DNA of 64,000 nt from an uncultured Acidobacteriota bacterium (GTDB lineage: Bacteria > Acidobacteriota > UBA6911 > RPQK01 > JAPXNP01), in assembly GCA_963777605.1 (NCBI GenBank), contig CAVZRV010000027.1, positions 352,001 to 416,000 of the forward strand, read 5' to 3'. Below the pieces are notes generated by a model, which was not told the DNA's origin, did not search any database, and saw only the letters and a list, made by a program, of their open reading frames with translations. The first letter of the stretch is position 1. Every line of letters starts with the position of its first letter. Both the position numbers and the translations under genes were made by a program. Positions 63,161 to 64,000 of the stretch are shown here, one piece after another.

Positions 63161-64000
63161 CTTCCGGGTCCCCTTCGCTCAAGCGATATCGAACCGCCCG
63201 CGCATGTCCTTCCAGTTGCTCCTCTCTGGCAAGCAATTCAAGAGTTGGCGACAATCCTTCCAGCCCTTTGGCGGTGATCTCCTGAAAGGTAATCTTCTTG
63301 ACGAACGTCTCCATGGAGACGCCCGAGGTGTGGCGAGCGAACCCCGAAGTGGGGAGCGTGTGGTTTGTACCGGAAGCATAGTCGCCGGCTACTTCCGGGG
63401 TCCAGGCCCCTACGAACACTGACCCTGCCGACCGAACGTGACCAAGCCACTCGCGAGGTTCACGGATGTTGAGAATCAGGTGTTCGGGAGCGTAACGGTT
63501 GCTGAACTCAAAGGCCTCTTCGAGCGTGTCCACGAGAATGGCAAAGCTCCCCTCGAGAGACTTCTGCGCGATACCGGTTCGAGGGAGATTGGCCAGTTGC
63601 CGGTCCAATTCCGCGAGGGTCGCATCCAGGAGGGCCTCTGAGGTGGAAGCCAGGACTACCTGGCTGTCGGGTCCGTGTTCGGCCTGCGACAGAAGATCGC
63701 TGGCAACCACCCTGGGAGAGGCCGATTCATCCGCGACTACGAGGACTTCGCTGGGGCCGGCGATCATGTCGATGGCTACTCCGTAGGACGTCGCGATCAG
63801 TTTCGCGGTCTGCACGTATCGGTTGCCCGGGCCAAGAATCTTGTCCACCTTCGGAACCGATTCCGTCCCCAGTGCCATCGCGGCAATGGCCTGAGCTCCT
63901 CCGATCTTGAAGACCTGGCGAACCCCGGCTACCTGGGCGGCGGCAAGCACCACGGGAGCGACTGAGCCGTCGCTTCGCGGCGGCACGCAGAGTACAGTCT
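63150..64000 (-). CDS. hisD: Histidinol dehydrogenase (5' truncated by window)
   Basis: GGAQAIAA, GPGN.YV, IDMIAGPSE, SQAEH, APEHL, GDYASGTNHTLPT. Confidence 0.96.
   Translation of the reverse strand, partial: TVLCVPPRSDGSVAPVVLAAAQVAGVRQVFKIGGAQAIAAMALGTESVPKVDKILGPGNRYVQTAKLIATSYGVAIDMIAGPSEVLVVADESASPRVVASDLLSQAEHGPDSQVVLASTSEALLDATLAELDRQLANLPRTGIAQKSLEGSFAILVDTLEEAFEFSNRYAPEHLILNIREPREWLGHVRSAGSVFVGAWTPEVAGDYASGTNHTLPTSGFARHTSGVSMETFVKKITFQEITAKGLEGLSPTLELLAREEQLEGHARAVRYRLSEGDPEDEG

Overview
A GC-rich (~60% by eye) bacterial chromosomal segment, most likely Acidobacteriota. That assignment is inferred from the paired CRTAC1/ASPIC-UnbV proteins, a carboxypeptidase-regulatory-domain TonB-dependent receptor and an Acido-Lenti-1-like RNA. 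It holds about 55 genes, mostly metabolic: galT/galK/GH2 beta-galactosidase, ilvC, a PQQ-cytochrome c dehydrogenase, maltokinase, thiC with a TPP riboswitch, xylB, a PPi-type pfk, a GH88/uronate-like cluster, a BtuFCD-type ABC importer, tpx and hisD(partial)-C-B-H-A-F-IE. I saw no transposase, integrase, prophage, CRISPR array, rRNA or tRNA. Three genes carry a +1 frameshift, probably assembly error. The most promising leads are: (1) an ApbE-DoxX-Tat Gfo/Idh/MocA operon, a candidate flavinylation-dependent periplasmic redox module; (2) a TonB-receptor-like barrel missing most of its plug, translationally coupled to an unknown secreted protein and divergent from a DRG-like GTPase-CRTAC1-CRTAC1 operon; (3) a sigma-54 promoter with an IHF-like site upstream of an unannotated structured ~200-nt region; (4) a GGA-rich intergenic sRNA candidate; (5) a structured ncRNA near tpx; (6) repeated signs of leaderless mRNAs. 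All family assignments come from motif recognition, not database searches.
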